A stretch of DNA of 63,453 nucleotides, counting the filler, from Rozella allomycis CSF55 (Eukaryota): assembly GCA_000442015.1 (NCBI GenBank). It is 13 parts of 13 records of this genome, joined end to end, with 100 filler letters (N's around TTAATTAATTAA, not from the genome) between each part and the next. Parts side by side here need not be neighbours in the genome. Positions count along the whole stretch, not along the records: positions 12,482 to 18,437 come from KE560590.1; positions 18,538 to 21,108 come from KE560591.1; positions 21,209 to 42,186 come from KE560597.1; 10 more parts are not named here. One strand, given 5' to 3'. The translations under genes and the position numbers were made by a program. Below the pieces are notes generated by a model. It was not told the DNA's origin, ran no database searches, and worked only from the letters and a program-made list of their open reading frames with translations. Position 1 is the first letter of the stretch; every line of letters begins with the position of its first letter. Shown here piece after piece: positions 12,382-25,261 of this stretch.

Positions 12382-12497
12382 NNNNNNNNNNNNNNNNNNN
12401 NNNNNNNNNNNNNNNNNNNNNNNNNTTAATTAATTAANNNNNNNNNNNNNNNNNNNNNNNNNNNNNNNNNNNNNNNNNNNNTTTAAAACTAATCAAT

Positions 12498-12764
12498 TTG
12501 CAGTTACAAATTATACTACGGTTATTTCAGGCTCCAATAGGGGCAGGCCAGGTAAATAACACAAGTATTAAATTTATAGGGATTTTCATGAATTATGATT
12601 TTGATCCTATATCTATGACTGTTAAGGAGAACGATCAGGGATTTTTAATTCTTCTACTTGAACTTGCATGCATAACTGGAGCCGTATATACGTTTATGGG
12701 AATTGTCAGCAGCGTTTTAAACTATTTCCGAGTCTACAAAGCGGAAACTAAAAATGATAAATAA
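12498..12764 (+). CDS. ERGIC/Erv41-Erv46 family ER vesicle protein, C-terminal part
   Basis: GIFMNYDFDPISMTVKE...LLELACITGAVYTFMGIV resembles COPII-coated ERV C-terminus with TM helix and Lys-rich tail. Confidence 0.7.
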   Translation: MQLQIILRLFQAPIGAGQVNNTSIKFIGIFMNYDFDPISMTVKENDQGFLILLLELACITGAVYTFMGIVSSVLNYFRVYKAETKNDK

Positions 12765-12834
12765 ATGAATTAATTTAGAGCGATTGAATAATTGAATCTA
12801 TTTTGAAATAAGTTTTAAAAGTTTAGAGTGTTTA

Positions 12835-15800
12835 TTAATGTCTGAATTTTCTGACATGAGCAATAAAACTTTCGTCTGGGCCACGTCTTTGGTATTCTGA
12901 ATCAGCTACATTAAAGTAAGAACCTAGCATGAAAGCGGCAGATCTAAGTTTAGTCCAATTTTGTCCAGAAGCTAGGCTAGCATTTGAAATAATAGATGGT
13001 TCATCATCTTTGGGATGTAAAATTTCCAGGGCTTCCTTTTGTTCAAATGGTTTGGTAAAAGTGACCATTGTTAATCCACGGGTTACATCACGTGTTACGT
13101 AGAGATTATTTTGTTTTACAATATCATCTAAAACTTTGGTTTGTTCATCCAACAATTGCTCTTCTGGAATAGTTTGCATTTGCTTCACAAGCATTTGATC
13201 TTTTTTACTAAAGTATCGTTTTAAAAAGAAATTAGAAATACTGACCAAACCCATGACAATGCATCCAGGTATCATACAAAGAAGCCATTCCTGCCACGCA
13301 GTCAATGGGAGTGTGCTAGCTACTTGGCCTCCAAACATTACAAAGAGAACTTGAACTATTGAAATAATTATAATGACCACAATAAATATTTTGTTTTTGA
13401 AGAAACCTCTAAGACTGTTTACACGGAAGTCCAAAAATCTTCCAGTGAGAAAATTAGCTAATTGTAGGCAAATAAAGGTAGTAAACACCAAAGTAAATAT
13501 TTTCTTGTTATTAGCAACTGCGGGAATGGATATATCGTTTAAATTTATGACACTATAATCTAATGAAGGAATGCCAAGTATTGAAGGACCAGCAAACAAA
13601 ACAATAACGAGACTTGTAACTTGAAGTATGACCTGTATGATGATATACGAAAACATATCGCGTGAGATAAGAGCACCTGATCGCTTATGCGGCGGATGTA
13701 GAAGAATGTCCTCATCTGGTTCATCTGAAGCCAGGGCTAAAGCGCCAAGACTATCCATGATAAGATTTACCCACAAAAGTTGCACTGAAGTAAAAATAGA
13801 GTTTTCAACACCGATAGAGCCGATTATAACGATTGTAATTGCAACGATATTGACTGCCAGTTGAAATTGTAAAAATTTTCTCACACAATCCATGATATTT
13901 CTACCCCAAGCAATAGATCTAACGAAAGAAGCAAAGTTATCATCCAGAAGAATAATGTCAGAAGCATTTCTAGCAATTTGAGTTCCAGCTTGACCCATAG
14001 CGAAACCAACGTCAGCTTCTTTGAGAGCAGGTGCATCATTAGTGCCATCGCCAGTTACACCCACAACATTCCCCATCTTTTTAAGTAATCTAACTAATTC
14101 AAATTTATCTGTTGGAGAAGATCTGGCAACAACTTGAACTCTGGGCAAGATGGTCAATTTGTCTTCCTCACTTAAAGCTCTAAATGCAGGCCCTTTAAAC
14201 TATAACTAGAATGTGTTACCTTCAATGGCTATTCCATTTCCATATAAAATACCGCATTCTCTGGCGATATACGACGCTGTTAAAACGTTGTCTCCAGTTA
14301 CCATTCTAACAAACAAACCCGCAGTAAGACATTCTTTAACAGCTTTTGGGACTTCTTTTCTTAATGGATCTTTAATGCCAAATATTCCTACGAATGTTAA
14401 ATCATATTCAGGTGTTCCAGATTCTTCATTGTTAATGTTTTCTTTTCAATTAAAAATATTCTTTTACCAACTTCTTTTGGAATATCTTTAAAATCTTTAA
14501 ACGCAAGGGCTAAAGTTCTTAATCCCTGGCCAGCCCATTGATTTATAGTTGTTTTTAAAATCTCAATTTCTTTTTTTGTGATTTTTCTTTCAATCAACGC
14601 ATCATTCTCACAGGTTAATATTTTATCACAAAGATCAACAATGATTTCAGAAGCACCTTTAGTCAACAATCTATATTTCTTATTTTCTGAATCTATGTAT
14701 TTTATTTTAGATGGGGTTTCAATTTCAATCAATGTGCTCATTCGCTTTCTTGCAGAGTTAAATGCAAATTCTCCTCCAGGAACTTTCTTGCATAATTTTC
14801 TCATCGCTTCATAATCAACACCGAATTTTTGACTAAAGACTAACAAGGCTCCTTCTGTTGCAGATCCAACAAACTTTGGTAATTTCTCGCCTTCTGTTGA
14901 CTTTACAAAGCATGTGCTATTCAAACAGATCCCTTCCATCAAAACACGATACATTGATTCATTCAATTGTGTTTTATTTTGATACTCTGGAGCATTCGGA
15001 TTATTCATAGTGACCTTACGATCGTTAAGATTTCCGCCCACTGGCTCATCTTTTTCATTTATCGAAATAAAATGCGATTCATCACGGGGTTGCCATTCTT
15101 CAGAGACACTTGTGGCAAGGTATGCCTTGACGACTGTCATGCGATTCTCTGTTAACGTCCCTTTGATTTTCCTATACAAGTGTTACCTTTTTGCATACAT
15201 AGAAACAAATATATTTACCTGTTTTATCTGTGCATATACACGTAGCTTCACCCATTGTTTCGGAAGCACTCAGGTGCCTTACAAAGCAATTATCTTTAAT
15301 CATTTTAAAGACTGAAAAGGCAAGTGAAATAGTAACAGCTAATGGAAGCCCTTCAGGAACAGCAACAACTTGAATTCAACATACAAAAAATATATACCAA
15401 CAATTGTTACAGCTGTCACAAAGAAATGTAACAAATCTTGAAGCCTTTTCACTTCAAAGTTGTTGACATTAACTATCAACCACCTAATTACAAGTCCAAC
15501 AAATGATACTATCGCAGCAGCCATTCCTATATACCCTATTTGAACAGCTAAAACTTTAAGCTTTCTTTGTAGAGTTGTTTCTGACTTTTGTAGTTCATTT
15601 AAAATTGCTTGTATTCTCCCTGCTGACGACGAAGCACCAACTCCAGTAACAACCATCAAGCCAGTCCCTTCAGATACTTGGCAACCAGAGAACATAAATG
15701 GTTTATTGATATTCTTCTTGCATAGTATAGTCTCCCCAGTCAATGGACTTTCATCAACCGCAACATCTCTTTGTTCCTCGACTTTGTCTGTGAATTCTCC

Positions 15801-16547
15801 ATATCTAATAAACAATCCATCAGCCGGTATTTCATCCCCAGGATTAACTTGAATTATATCTCCAACAACAATATCCCAAGTTGAAATTTGATCAATCATT
15901 CCATCACGAACAACCATTGCCTTTTTATCAGAAGACAACAACAAGATTTTTTGGAATTTCTTTTCTTTAGAATAATCATTCCCACTAGTTACAAATAGCA
16001 CAATGAAAATTGCAATGGTAATGGCTGTTCCTTCATACCAACCTTAATAATGATTTCAATCCAATTGATACCTTTTTCAATATCAGTAGAAATACCCACA
16101 GCCAATGTCACAATGGCTCCGACAATAAGAATTTGAATGATTCTGTCCTCTTTCACAGTCTCCCAAACTAAGCCAAGGAGGGATGTTTGAGGAGGAGGAG
16201 GTACCACTGAATTGATTTACATGAAATAAATATACCATTGCTTCCAAAAGCCTTTCTTCTTTGTGCTATCGATCGTGGATCATCATCCGTCATGGTACTA
16301 TTCAAACCGAAATTGGGTTTCACATTAAGTAACTCACAAACGCCTATTGATCCGCCATACTTTGATTGAAAGTTATCAACGTGCTCCTTTGAATCCCGCA
16401 AGTCAAAATTGACCGCCTCTATCAACCTTTTAATGATTTTACCTCGGCCAATTGTTCTTTGCTAACTCGAATGAAATCTTTGGTATCAATTGAAATTTCG
16501 ACTTGTGCTATTTTGGATTCTAAAATTGGCTGCGAGTCTTTCAGCAT
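12835..16547 (-). CDS. PMC1: P2B-type (PMCA/Pmc1) calcium-transporting ATPase, multi-exon
   Basis: [29 protein letters not shown] (split by intron), [38 protein letters not shown]. Confidence 0.95.
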
Positions 16548-16875
16548 TGTATATTGAAATTTTCCACGTTGACTACCAATTTGGAAAATCACAATTACAG
16601 TAAACTGCATTAAAAATGGGAAGAAAAATAATATTTAATAAAAAAAACATAAAAGTTACAAAATAGAATTGTATTCATAAAATAGAAACTAAATGAGAAG
16701 GAGTCGACAGCGACAGTTGTTTTTAACAGGAAAAATATTGGCGCTTTTCATAAAAATTTCCTCGGCAATGTAAACTCTAATTCTTATTCCTCTCGTATTT
16801 CAATTGTTTATTACAACCCTGGCAATCCAGTCGTTATCGTAAATCGTTTTTGTTACTTAAAAAGGCTTGAAATAC

Positions 16876-17975
<1,100 letters not shown>

Positions 17976-18661
17976 ATTCTCTTACCTTCCTTAATCACAA
18001 ATCGATATCCCAATTTTACTTTCCTGTATGGAATTACTTTCACTATTCAAAATTAAATTTACCTGTCGTACCATTCTCATCCCCACCCGTTTCCCGTAAA
18101 AATCCTGGTAATTTTTTCCGGTAATTTCCAAAACGTTTTACCGTAGAATTCTCCAGAGAATCATAAAACCCTATTATCCCGAGAATTCCCAAATACAAAA
18201 ATGAAATACCTGAGAGGTGGATTTAATATCAGCGGGATAAAGCGTGGATTGAGAATCATTAGAGTTAAAGAAAATGATGCACTGAGGCACTCCAAGAANA
18301 ATCATTAGAGTTAAAGAAAATGATGCACTGAGGCACTCCAAGAAACAAAAGAACGAAAGATGACAGACCGGATGACAGACAAAAATTCAGAAAACCTTAC
18401 AGAAGCTCAGAACGCGGTTGAGTTGAGACATGAACACNNNNNNNNNNNNNNNNNNNNNNNNNNNNNNNNNNNNNNNNNNNNTTAATTAATTAANNNNNNN
18501 NNNNNNNNNNNNNNNNNNNNNNNNNNNNNNNNNNNNNAAGTCGTCATACACCAAGACATTCATTGAAAGATAATGAAATTTCAAAATTAAATGTACAATT
18601 CTATTGTGTCATTTAGCTACTTTGTATCAAAAGGCTAAATTTTCTGAAAAATACATTTGAA

Positions 18662-19298
18662 ATGTCTCAAGCACAAATTGATCTAATTCAACCAACAGAA
18701 ACCAGCCCAATAACATTTAAGAGACCAAATTTGAAAGATATTGAAAGACAACAAGAGATTATATCCAGCATTCGTATTGACAAACGTACGGCGTTTCTCT
18801 TAGAGTCGAGAGGATTTTTGCAAAATGTATTCAGTAATTACATGCCAACATTATTACAGGCGGGTTCTTTGGTATGCTTGGAGGTGCATTTATGTATTAT
18901 AAGAGTAATTGTTGCAACTCGGTATAATTAGTGCGAGGTGGGTACATTGGGAACATATCAGTGATGGGAGGAGCACTTTTAGGAGCACTATATGGGCATC
19001 AATTCAGTACTTGGGCCTGTCATGCGACCTTAAAATACAGAATTCCACAACTATACTCTTCAATTCACCTCTTGGAGTAAATATAATTGAGTATTACAAT
19101 AGTCACATGAAAATGTACTTGTCTGATGAAGACAAAAATAAGATATCTGCTATCAAAGAGCTGAGTACAGAAACTTTCAACAACATGAAACTCGTACCTG
19201 AACACAGTGGAAACAATGAATATTTCTATGCCTCGTTTGTAGATGATCAAAATGACCCAATTAAAAATCAAGCAAAATACGCAACGATAAATAAATAA
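18662..19298 (+). CDS. Hypothetical protein, probably spliced
   Basis: Two adjacent ORFs separated by a probable mini-intron near 18871-18903; no family recognised. Confidence 0.4.
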
Positions 19299-19333
19299 GA
19301 GTTAATTTATTTTGTATTGTAAATTTTATACAA

Positions 19334-20782
19334 TTATTGGGCGAATTTTCCTATTAGTAATGCAAACATCATGAACAAACTAAAAATACAAAGGGCCATG
19401 GCGGTTATTCTAGTAATTGTATTTTTCTTTTCTGAGATGACAAAAAGGGCACAGGGAAACATGATAGAAATAAAGTTAGATGCAGTAGCGCCTGTCAATT
19501 CAACCAAAAGATCAATGCTAGTAGCGACCATAGCCAAACCATAAGTAGTAAGTGCTAAGCCCAAACTAACAACAATTCTTGTACGACTTTCATTCCAGAA
19601 ATGAGATTTTATGACATTTTCAGAAGATAAAACTTTTTCAAATCCAGCATTTTTGCCGTCCTTAGAGCTTCGATATGACTTGTATGCTTTGACCAAAGAA
19701 AAGAAACTATCTCTCATTGGATGAGTTTGATTTGGATAGCAAGTTGTAACAAGAATAATCAAGCAAAGACGTCCAATAAGTAAAGAAATGAGGTTTGGAT
19801 CATAAGTTTTCAAAATGACAGAGAAAGAATACGGAAAAAATTCCGGGTCTGGGCTAGAAGCATAGTCTGCGAAAATCATTTGATTGGAAGTTTGAGAACC
19901 AAGTGTCAAGTAACCGAATATACCAACAATTAAATAGACACAACCAGCAAACATAGATGAGAATATTGCAGATAAAGTTCCTCTTTGTATCGACCTTGGC
20001 TCGCTTAATTCGTTGTAAACCTTGAACATATTTTGTTGACAGGTAAATGCAAAAATTAAATAAGACATGCAGCTTAGAATTCCACCAAATGACAAATCAA
20101 TCTTTTTTGTTCCAATGTTTTCAAACAAGCTCAAAGCATTTAAACCAGCATCTTTGAATCGCATAACAGCATAAGTGACAACCAAGCAGAAAATATACGT
20201 AATCATCATAATAGCAAGATAACTTGTATAGCGTAATGAACGGAGACTCTTTAAAGTAGAAAGAAAAGCAACAAAAATGAAAAACAAGGAAATCCAAAAT
20301 TCCCTTCTTTCCAGAATTGTATTAGCGATGGTACTTCCAGAAATAGCAGCTGCGTCGTTTACAATCTTTGGCATATTGCTTCCGATTAACACCAAGTAAG
20401 ATGTAGCAACACCAAAGGCCTGGATCAAAACAAAAGCATCTACAAATTGTTTGCCCATAGGGAATTTCACTCTGCAGACTTCAGCAAAACTCGTATTTCT
20501 TCCGCCAACAACTTCAGCTAATCGCAGGATTAATCGAAGTGTGAAAACTGCTAATATGATTCCGAGGAAAGTGATAAAGATTCCAGCGTATAAACCGACT
20601 TGTTGATAAGCGTATGGGATAGTTATAAGACCTGCACCGATCATGGTGTTGATGAGTGAAAGTGTTCCAGACAAAACTGTTCCTTTAGCGTCTGTTGACA
20701 TTATTGTATCATCGGACTTGTTTGCGCTGGACATGGAATGAATTTCCGGATCTCTTATAGTTGCTTTGACTTGTTCTTTCAT
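19334..20782 (-). CDS. AAAP/AVT-family amino acid transporter (Avt5/6/7-like)
   Basis: LINTMIGAGLITIPYAY, FAFTCQQN, multiple TM helices; start placed at MKEQVK, ORF extends upstream to 21037. Confidence 0.9.
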   Translation of the reverse strand: MKEQVKATIRDPEIHSMSSANKSDDTIMSTDAKGTVLSGTLSLINTMIGAGLITIPYAYQQVGLYAGIFITFLGIILAVFTLRLILRLAEVVGGRNTSFAEVCRVKFPMGKQFVDAFVLIQAFGVATSYLVLIGSNMPKIVNDAAAISGSTIANTILERREFWISLFFIFVAFLSTLKSLRSLRYTSYLAIMMITYIFCLVVTYAVMRFKDAGLNALSLFENIGTKKIDLSFGGILSCMSYLIFAFTCQQNMFKVYNELSEPRSIQRGTLSAIFSSMFAGCVYLIVGIFGYLTLGSQTSNQMIFADYASSPDPEFFPYSFSVILKTYDPNLISLLIGRLCLIILVTTCYPNQTHPMRDSFFSLVKAYKSYRSSKDGKNAGFEKVLSSENVIKSHFWNESRTRIVVSLGLALTTYGLAMVATSIDLLVELTGATASNFISIMFPCALFVISEKKNTITRITAMALCIFSLFMMFALLIGKFAQ

Positions 20783-21208
20783 AGGATCAAGTGTAACTGT
20801 GTGGCTTAGCGGTCGTGGCGTCCTATTTATGAGTATCACCTGACCTGTTAAACAAGGGTTTTTCTGAGAAAATTCAGGTATGTGACTATCAGGCTTCACC
20901 GTAGTGACCACAACTAAGTTGTAAAATGCATAAACCAGTCGCAATATTGCATGTCGAGTGTCAGTCATGCGACTAAAATTAGAAAATAGCGCAAGTTTTA
21001 TTTTAAGATTTGTGCCAATTTTAGACCACATGTCCATCTTTCACTTATTATGACTTAACTTGGAACTTGTGATAACAACAGAATAAAATATTGGACACGC
21101 TACAATCTNNNNNNNNNNNNNNNNNNNNNNNNNNNNNNNNNNNNNNNNNNNNTTAATTAATTAANNNNNNNNNNNNNNNNNNNNNNNNNNNNNNNNNNNN
21201 NNNNNNNN

Positions 21209-21780
21209 CCATTGCACTAATTCGATTCTCGCATTCTTTAATTCAAATAATATAACAGTGCTTCTACTTCCATCAAACATGACAAGCGTCATGCAACCAC
21301 TTGACGTCGGGTGCAACCAGCCCTTCAAAGCATATTGTAGGCAGGACTGGGTTTCAAATGAATTCAATAGACGCTTTAAAAATCTTAGCAAATTGAATCC
21401 AAAGGAAGAACGAAGAAGATTAGGTGAAAGAATTGTAAATGCTACCTCGAAGATTTCGTAGGAAACGATCTTAAACTCATGGAGGAAGACAGGGAAGCTA
21501 CAATATAATAAATAAATAAATAAATATATAATTCTTATTAAACTTCTTAATTTATTTTATTCATTTAATCACGATTGCTTTCAACCATCCGCAACATTTA
21601 TGCGCAAATCTTCCTTCTTCATGAATTTCAGTAACTTGAATTANTAATCTTAGCAAATTGAATCCAAAGGAAGAACGAAGACGATTAGGTGAAAGAATTG
21701 TAAATGCTACCTCAAAGATTTCGAAGGAAACGATCTTAAACTCATGGAGGAAGACAGGGATGCTACAATAATAATAAATA
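21209..21780 (+). mobile_element. pogo/Tc1-mariner DDE-1 transposase 3' fragment (two N-joined variants)
   Basis: LLLPSNMTSVMQPLDVGCNQPFKAY and ETILNSWRKTG; first copy has a stop at 21459, second has AAG there. Confidence 0.85.
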
Positions 21781-21822
21781 AATAAATATATAATTCTTAT
21801 TAAACTTCTTAATTTATTTTAT

Positions 21823-22160
21823 TCATTTAATCACGATTGCTTTCAACCATCCGCAACATTTATGCGCAAATCTTCCTTCTTCATGAATTTCAGTAACTTG
21901 AATTAATCTTCCATGCATTGTCTTAAATAAATCTTTGTAATCACCTTTTAAATATCCAACTTTACATGTTGGGGCACCATCAACAACCGTCCTCACAACA
22001 ACGGCTTCTTCAAGTGTTCGTGGTGTCCTCTCTATTTTAAATAAATCTTATTTTTACCACTCAATATTATTGTATATTCACAAACCAATATTTGATTGAT
22101 TTCCAATGAGTTTCCACAAACTTCGTGTTCCGAGCAGCTTCGCCCATTTGAGCCCTTCTT
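21823..22160 (-). CDS. Cys/His-rich uncharacterised protein convergent with the transposase, 5' partial
   Basis: Spliced (intron 22032-22057) KKGSNGRSCSEHEVCGNSLEINQILVCEYTIILSERTPRTLEEAVVVRTVVDGAPTCKVGYLKG...QVTEIHEEGRFAHKCCGWLKAIVIK*; not in ORF track. Confidence 0.7.
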
Positions 22161-22337
22161 NTTCACAACAACGGCTTCTTCAAGTGTTCGTGGTGTCCTT
22201 TCTATTTTAAAAGAATCTTACTTTTACCACTCAATATTATTGAATATTCACAAACCAATATTGGATTGATTTCCAATGACTTTCCACAAACTTCGTGTTC
22301 CGAGCAGCTTCGCCCATTTGAGCCCTTCTTNGTTGAA

Positions 22338-23184
22338 CTAGATAGAAAAACGAAAACTTTTAGAGCCAGCGGATCGCAAAAATTTTGGTTTATTTAGTTG
22401 GCCGGATCGCAAGTTTCCAAATTTCATATGTACAATTGGTGTATCTTTTGGTAGTCGGATAATCTCGTATCGGTGTTCATCGAGTTCGGGTCTTGTATTG
22501 TTTTCGTTGATTTCGTTCAAGATGGAAAGACGTATATCTTTGGCGGTTGAATGCTTTGAATAGAGTTTGTTGAGGTATGCTGATATCATGTCTGAAAGGA
22601 TCTCCCGGTCCAACTTTTCATAGTCTGCTGGAATCACATTGGTATCTACGAGATATGACAGAAACTTCGTATCTTCTCTCTCCACGTCTTCATCTTCATC
22701 GTCATCCTCTTCAGTAATGTTTTCATTGGTATTATCAAAATCCTGTTGTCCGTCTGGCGACACATTAAATGGCTCCGGGGTTATCGTCTTTACTTTTCGC
22801 GACTCAACAATCATCAACGTACCAACCCATATAGTAAAAAACCCCGTTATCAATTCCTTTTCTTGGACTTCCGATATCAATCGTGCAAACAGTTCCATTA
22901 CTTTCAAATCCATGAAATGTCCCGGAAAGATTGCTGAAACTAGTCGCCTCAAACCTGCAGCTTCATAGATAGTCTTTAAAAGTCGNCGGTCCCGGAAAGA
23001 TCGCCGAAACTAGTCGCCTCAAACCTGCAGCTTCATAGATAGTCTTTAAAAGTCGGGAATTTACCGCAATTTCTCCATTGTCTGGGCTCGGGGAGTTGCC
23101 GCCAATCTTTGAAAGTGACGAATTGGCGGGCATAGAGTATATGGCAGTTAAGAGGACAATTAGGATTAGTAAAATATGTTTCAT
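22338..23184 (-). CDS. Secreted acidic orphan protein A, copy 1
   Basis: Signal peptide MKHILLILIVLLTAIYS-MP; near-identical to 23827-24603; N-joined duplicate at 22986. Confidence 0.7.
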
Positions 23185-23334
23185 CTTTCTAATCTCCTGT
23201 GGCGGTGTCTATCAATAACTATCAAAGTGTCAATCGAATGGTGGCTTGGGCGATCTCAGTTGTCGGATCCGAGAATACAAAAGAGGTATCCAATATTCTA
23301 ATTAATTGTTATTGATGCTTTTGCTATGAGTTTA

Positions 23335-23551
23335 TTAAATGATTTCAAATTCTTCGTTTTCAATGTTGATTTCTTCAAAGTCTTCAACAAGCTGCTCTTC
23401 GTCGATTTTTACAGGACGATCTTTCTTCATATCCTTCATTTCCACATTCATATCAAACTCTTGAATAGAATCTGCCAATGTATCTATTTCACCCTTTTCA
23501 TTGCAGTCACGCAAAGCCATACTTTCGGCAAGAGTTTCGATATTCGATTTG
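23335..23551 (-). pseudogene. 5'-truncated copy of secreted protein B
   Basis: Nearly identical to the 3' half of 24747-25169, with a 6-bp deletion and no signal peptide. Confidence 0.75.
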
Positions 23552-23826
23552 TGTTGAGTTACACAAGCTAATCTTGGATACAATCTTCAAAGGTTATGTT
23601 TTTGTAACGAAAACATGAATGGAAATTACTCTTATTGCTTTATCATTTTTACTAAATAAATTTTAACCCTGGCTCTAAAAGTTTTCGTTTTTCTACCTAG
23701 TTCAACACAACAACATAGAATGAAGTTTGAAACTCCCAAGCCGCTAGCAAAGTATGGAAAGGCCGCCTTTCACGCTCACAAGCTAATCTTGGATACAATC
23801 TTCAAAGGTTATGTTTTTGTGTTGAA

Positions 23827-24603
23827 CTAGATAGAAAAACGAAAACTTTTAGAGCCAGCGGATCGCAAAAATTTTGGTTTATTTAGTTGGCCGGATCGCA
23901 AGTTTCCAAATTTCATATGTACAATTGGTGTATCTTTTGGTAGTCGGATAATCTCGTATCGGTGTTCATCGAGTTCGGGTCTTGTATTGTTTTCGTTGAT
24001 TTCGTTCAAGATGGAAAGACGTATATCTTTGGCGGTTGAATGCTTTGAATAGAGTTTGTTGAGGTATGCTGATATCATGTCTGAAAGGATCTCCCGGTCC
24101 AACTTTTCATAGTCTGCTGGAATCACATTGGTATCTACGAGATATGACAGAAACTTCGTATCTTCTCTCTCCACGTCTTCATCTTCATCGTCATCCTCTT
24201 CAGTAATGTTTTCATTGGTATTATCAAAATCCTGTTGTCCGTCTGGAAGTACCGAAAATGACTCCGGGGTTATCGTCTTTACTTTTCGCGACTCAACGAT
24301 CATCAACGTACCAACCCATATAGTAAAAAATCCGGTTATGAAATCCTTGTCCTGGACTTCCGATATCAATCGTGCAAACAGTTCCATTACTTTCAAATCC
24401 ATGAAATGTCCCGGAAAGATTGCTGAAACTAGTCGCCTCAAACCTGCAGCTTCATAGATAGTCTTTAAAAGTCGGGAATTTACCGCAATTTCTCCATTGT
24501 CTGGGCTCGGGGAGTTGCCGCCAATCTTTGAAAGTGACGAATTGGCGGGCATAGAGTATATGGCAGTTAAGAGGACAATTAGGATTAGTAAAATATGTTT
24601 CAT
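23827..24603 (-). CDS. Secreted acidic orphan protein A, copy 2 (258 aa)
   Basis: Intronless ORF; signal peptide then MP; acidic tract EEDDDEDEDVE. Confidence 0.8.
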   Translation of the reverse strand: MKHILLILIVLLTAIYSMPANSSLSKIGGNSPSPDNGEIAVNSRLLKTIYEAAGLRRLVSAIFPGHFMDLKVMELFARLISEVQDKDFITGFFTIWVGTLMIVESRKVKTITPESFSVLPDGQQDFDNTNENITEEDDDEDEDVEREDTKFLSYLVDTNVIPADYEKLDREILSDMISAYLNKLYSKHSTAKDIRLSILNEINENNTRPELDEHRYEIIRLPKDTPIVHMKFGNLRSGQLNKPKFLRSAGSKSFRFSI

Positions 24604-24746
24604 CTTTCTAATCTCCTGTGGCGGTGTCTATCAATAACTATCAAAGTGTCAATCGAATGGTGGCTTGGGCGATCTCAGTTTTCGGGTCCGAGATATCATT
24701 ATTCAATAAATAATTAAAAGTTATTGATGCTTTTGCTATGAGTTTA

Positions 24747-25169
24747 TTAAATGATTTCAAATTCTTCGTTTTCAATGTTGATTTCTTCAAAGTCTTCAAC
24801 AAGCTGCTCTTCGTCGATTTTTACAGGACGATCTTTCTTCATATCCTTCATTTCCACATTCATATCAAACTCTTGAATAGAATCTGCCAATGTATCTATT
24901 TCACCCTTTTCATTGCAGTCACGCAAAGCCATACTCTCGGCAAGAGTTGGTCTTTCGATATTCGATTTGATCTCACGGAAAGCTGTTGTTTGACATAGTT
25001 CATCTCTTATCATAGCATACCACTTTTTGGATTCCTTTTCGACATTGAAAGTTGATTGCGGATTGTTCGGGTTTCCATACGCTGATTTGTACTGGATTGC
25101 TGGTTCGAGAATAGGCATAGTAGAGACCATGACGGAAGTTATAAGTATCATTAAAAATGGGCCTTTCAT
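24747..25169 (-). CDS. Secreted acidic orphan protein B
   Basis: MKGPFLMILITSVMVST-MP; SNIERP motif; acidic tail. Confidence 0.75.
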   Translation of the reverse strand: MKGPFLMILITSVMVSTMPILEPAIQYKSAYGNPNNPQSTFNVEKESKKWYAMIRDELCQTTAFREIKSNIERPTLAESMALRDCNEKGEIDTLADSIQEFDMNVEMKDMKKDRPVKIDEEQLVEDFEEINIENEEFEII

Positions 25170-25261
25170 TTTGGTGGCTTCAACCACGTTCAATCCAATT
25201 GAGTGATGTAACCATCTAATGATAAAAACAAACTTTGTTATTTTTGATAACTTTTATTAAA

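Noticed and set aside
20783..21037. 85-aa N-terminal extension of the AVT transporter ORF
   Set aside because: No family similarity and contains promoter-like GCCAC motifs; probably non-coding.
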